Assembly (NCBI GenBank): GCA_001642005.1
Contig: LWCA01000288.1
Coordinates: forward strand, 1-33,599
Origin: Intoshia linei
Taxonomy: Eukaryota > Animalia > Orthonectida
Direction of reading: 5' to 3'
DNA: 33,599 nucleotides
The notes below the pieces were generated by a model. That model was given only the letters and a program-made list of their open reading frames with translations. It made no database searches and was not told the DNA's origin. The position numbers were made by a program, and so were the translations under genes. Shown here piece after piece: positions 31,801 to 33,599 of the stretch (the first letter of the stretch is position 1; every line of letters starts with the position of its first letter).

Positions 31801-32849
31801 GTATTCATTAATTATAATTATCCATTTCAGTCGTTCTTAAAACAAAAACGCTACGACGTAGAGTCCCTAATTAAATCTAAAAAAAAGTTCCATCGACCAG
31901 AACTCTAACTTTTTTAGTGCTTATTTGAAAAAATAACCATAATAAAATTTTACAAATATCTCGTCAATTCCATAAATAGGGGTCTCATAATAATTTTAGC
32001 ATTACGGATATTTACCCTAAATCAGTGGTTCCCAAACTTTTATAACCATGGACCACTTGTCAAAAAAAATGCTTTAATCCTGAACACATCACTAAGGTAA
32101 AATGTATATGTGTTTATTATACAGTCGATTCTCTTTAATTTAAAATATTAATATTAACATGTTCTTCATTTGAAAAAAGCGTGTTACATATTTTCATACA
32201 AATATGAACTGTTTCATTTTCTAATTTTAAAATTTAAATTAAACAAATAGACGATTTCCACCTTTTTGTTGTGAATCCAGACAAAATAATATCATATTAA
32301 AGATAATTTTGAGATTTTAAAAATGAGATATATCATTACAAAAATCTGAAGGCAGTTTTTGAATCAATCGACATAACATAAATAGTTAATTCTTAGAAAA
32401 TACAGTAATATCTCGATTTAAAATTTAATTTAAATTTAAAATTAACTAAGATTTAAAGAAATTTAATTTATCGGAAAAACTATTAGAAATTGGGTTTTTT
32501 TAAATCCTGTGACTGTCAATTTTTTCAATAAATGGTTAAACAAAAACATTTATTTTTATATAAGTCAAGAATACAGCAAAAGATCACGTTTTAAAAATAT
32601 AATGATTAACCCTTTGAGACATTTCAACGCTTTTTTATATATTTATACGCCATTTATATATAATGTGTAACCATAAAAATTATTTGTTTGTGTATTTTAA
32701 CATACTATAAAAATGTAGGTCAAATGTCTCAAAAGGTTAATAATAAATAAAACCGAACATTTATCCCACATCCATTGTCCGAAATTTGAAGAAATTTCAT
32801 TCCTCCAGCCTTAAAACTTATAGATATTGATGTAGCACCAGCATCGATA
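25808..32849 (-). CDS. MLH1: DNA mismatch repair protein MLH1 (5' exon lies beyond the window end)
   Basis: Exons encode IDAGATSI...[25 protein letters not shown]...[54 protein letters not shown]...[27 protein letters not shown] and terminal YKIFERC-TGA (25810-25808). Confidence 0.96.
27117..27630 (+). mobile_element. Internally deleted Buster/Charlie hAT element with transposase fragment
   Basis: TIRs CAGTGGTTCTCAA / TTGAGAACCACTG, flanks TTCTACAG/CTCTAGAG. Peptide [26 protein letters not shown]...IPLS is typical of ZBED5/ZBED8/Buster transposases. Confidence 0.9.
28140..28345 (-). repeat. Second copy of the unclassified repeat at 4785-4965
   Basis: Reverse-complement similarity to 4785-4965. 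Contains AACCCTAACCACTAACCCTAA. Confidence 0.7.
28676..28864. mobile_element. hAT MITE
   Basis: Ends CAGTTTTTTTCGACC / GGTTGAAAACCACTG with a perfect 8-bp TSD CTATATAC. Confidence 0.85.
32023..32060 (+). mobile_element. hAT MITE left end (partner end not found)
   Basis: CAGTGGTTCCCAAACTTT...GGACCACTT, preceded by CCCTAAAT (nnnTAnnn). Confidence 0.5.
32610..32736. mobile_element. piggyBac-like MITE (127 bp)
   Basis: TTAA|CCCTTTGAGACATTT ... AAATGTCTCAAAAGG|TTAA: TIRs match at 14 of 15 positions with a TTAA target duplication. Confidence 0.85.
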
Positions 32850-32874
32850 CTATACAAATAATTATAAATGCAAA

Positions 32875-32936
32875 TACAGTATAACTTCCGTTATTCGCAT
32901 AAAATGGCGATTTAAAATATTAGGCGAATAACGGAA
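32875..32936. mobile_element. pogo/Tigger-like MITE end
   Basis: TA-CAGTATAACTTCCGTTATTCGC followed by the perfect 13-bp inverted copy GCGAATAACGGAA. Confidence 0.45.
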
Positions 32937-33279
32937 ATGGCGACATTCCAAAGAACAAAAATAACATTTTTCATAGTCTCTGCGATCTTTTAGCAATGTT
33001 CAAATTTTAAAAGTACCAAATATTGATCGTAGATCCTATACTATAGAATCTATACTATATACCTGACTTCTTAAGCTTTAGCACCGACTTGTCTGCTTCA
33101 ATTCGATATTTGAGGTTATCTTACGGTAGGGTAGTTTAAATTAAGTTTAAGTTATGATTAACATTTGATATACTTAAAAATTGAATAGCACAATAGTTCA
33201 TAGCATTATTTTTGGCTATTTCATTTTGCACCATGCCTGCCAATTGAAAACCCCTGGTATTAGAAAATTAGTGTATGAA

Positions 33280-33599
33280 TCATTTTAACTTATATAATAT
33301 GCGACGCGATTTTTGTTTGTCTGTCTGTCTGTGTGTGTGTCCTACTTTATTGAAATAACTAGCACTCTTAGAATTTTTTAAAGACCACATTTCAAATACA
33401 GTTTTTTCCGGGACGTATAATAAGATAAATTTCAACCTCCCAATTTCACATCTTAAAGGTCAAAAACCCTGTTGTCCCTCTTTTTGAAAATTAAACGAGT
33501 TGGAGAATTTAAAAAAATATATACACTGATACAGATTTAAAAATCATAAACATTATCATAAATTTAAATTTAAAAAAATTATTTCTTCATGGCCAAAAC
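33280..33599 (+). mobile_element. Non-autonomous Helitron copy running off the window, in MLH1 intron 1
   Basis: A|TC start, (GTCT)n(GT)n tract, colinear with 4159-4410. Confidence 0.8.

Overview
Very AT-rich, compact eukaryotic (animal-like, fast-evolving) genomic DNA read in the standard code. Most introns are 33-55 nt; a few are expanded to 0.5-6.7 kb by transposon debris. The style would fit a reduced parasitic metazoan such as an orthonectid or myxozoan, which is inference only. Six spliced host genes were reconstructed by hand: an M16 (HxxEH) metallopeptidase of the C05D11.1 type (-), ERp44 (+), ARPC1 (-), N6AMT1/HemK2 (+), a divergent profilin (-) and MLH1 (-, first exon beyond the window end). 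There is also a tRNA-Val(UAC). Mobile content includes a CRHH-type DDE transposase relic, three copies of a non-autonomous Helitron, many hAT (Buster/Charlie/SPIN-like) MITEs with nnnTAnnn 8-bp TSDs, Tc1/pogo-like MITEs, a piggyBac-like MITE, and Ty3/Gypsy pol and gag-like relics. The most notable item is the 6.7-kb intron 6 of ARPC1. It carries a frameshifted fragment resembling the C-terminal half of a toti-like dsRNA virus RdRp (a candidate non-retroviral endogenous viral element) between Gypsy pol and gag-like remnants, and all recognisable fragments there are antisense to the host transcript.
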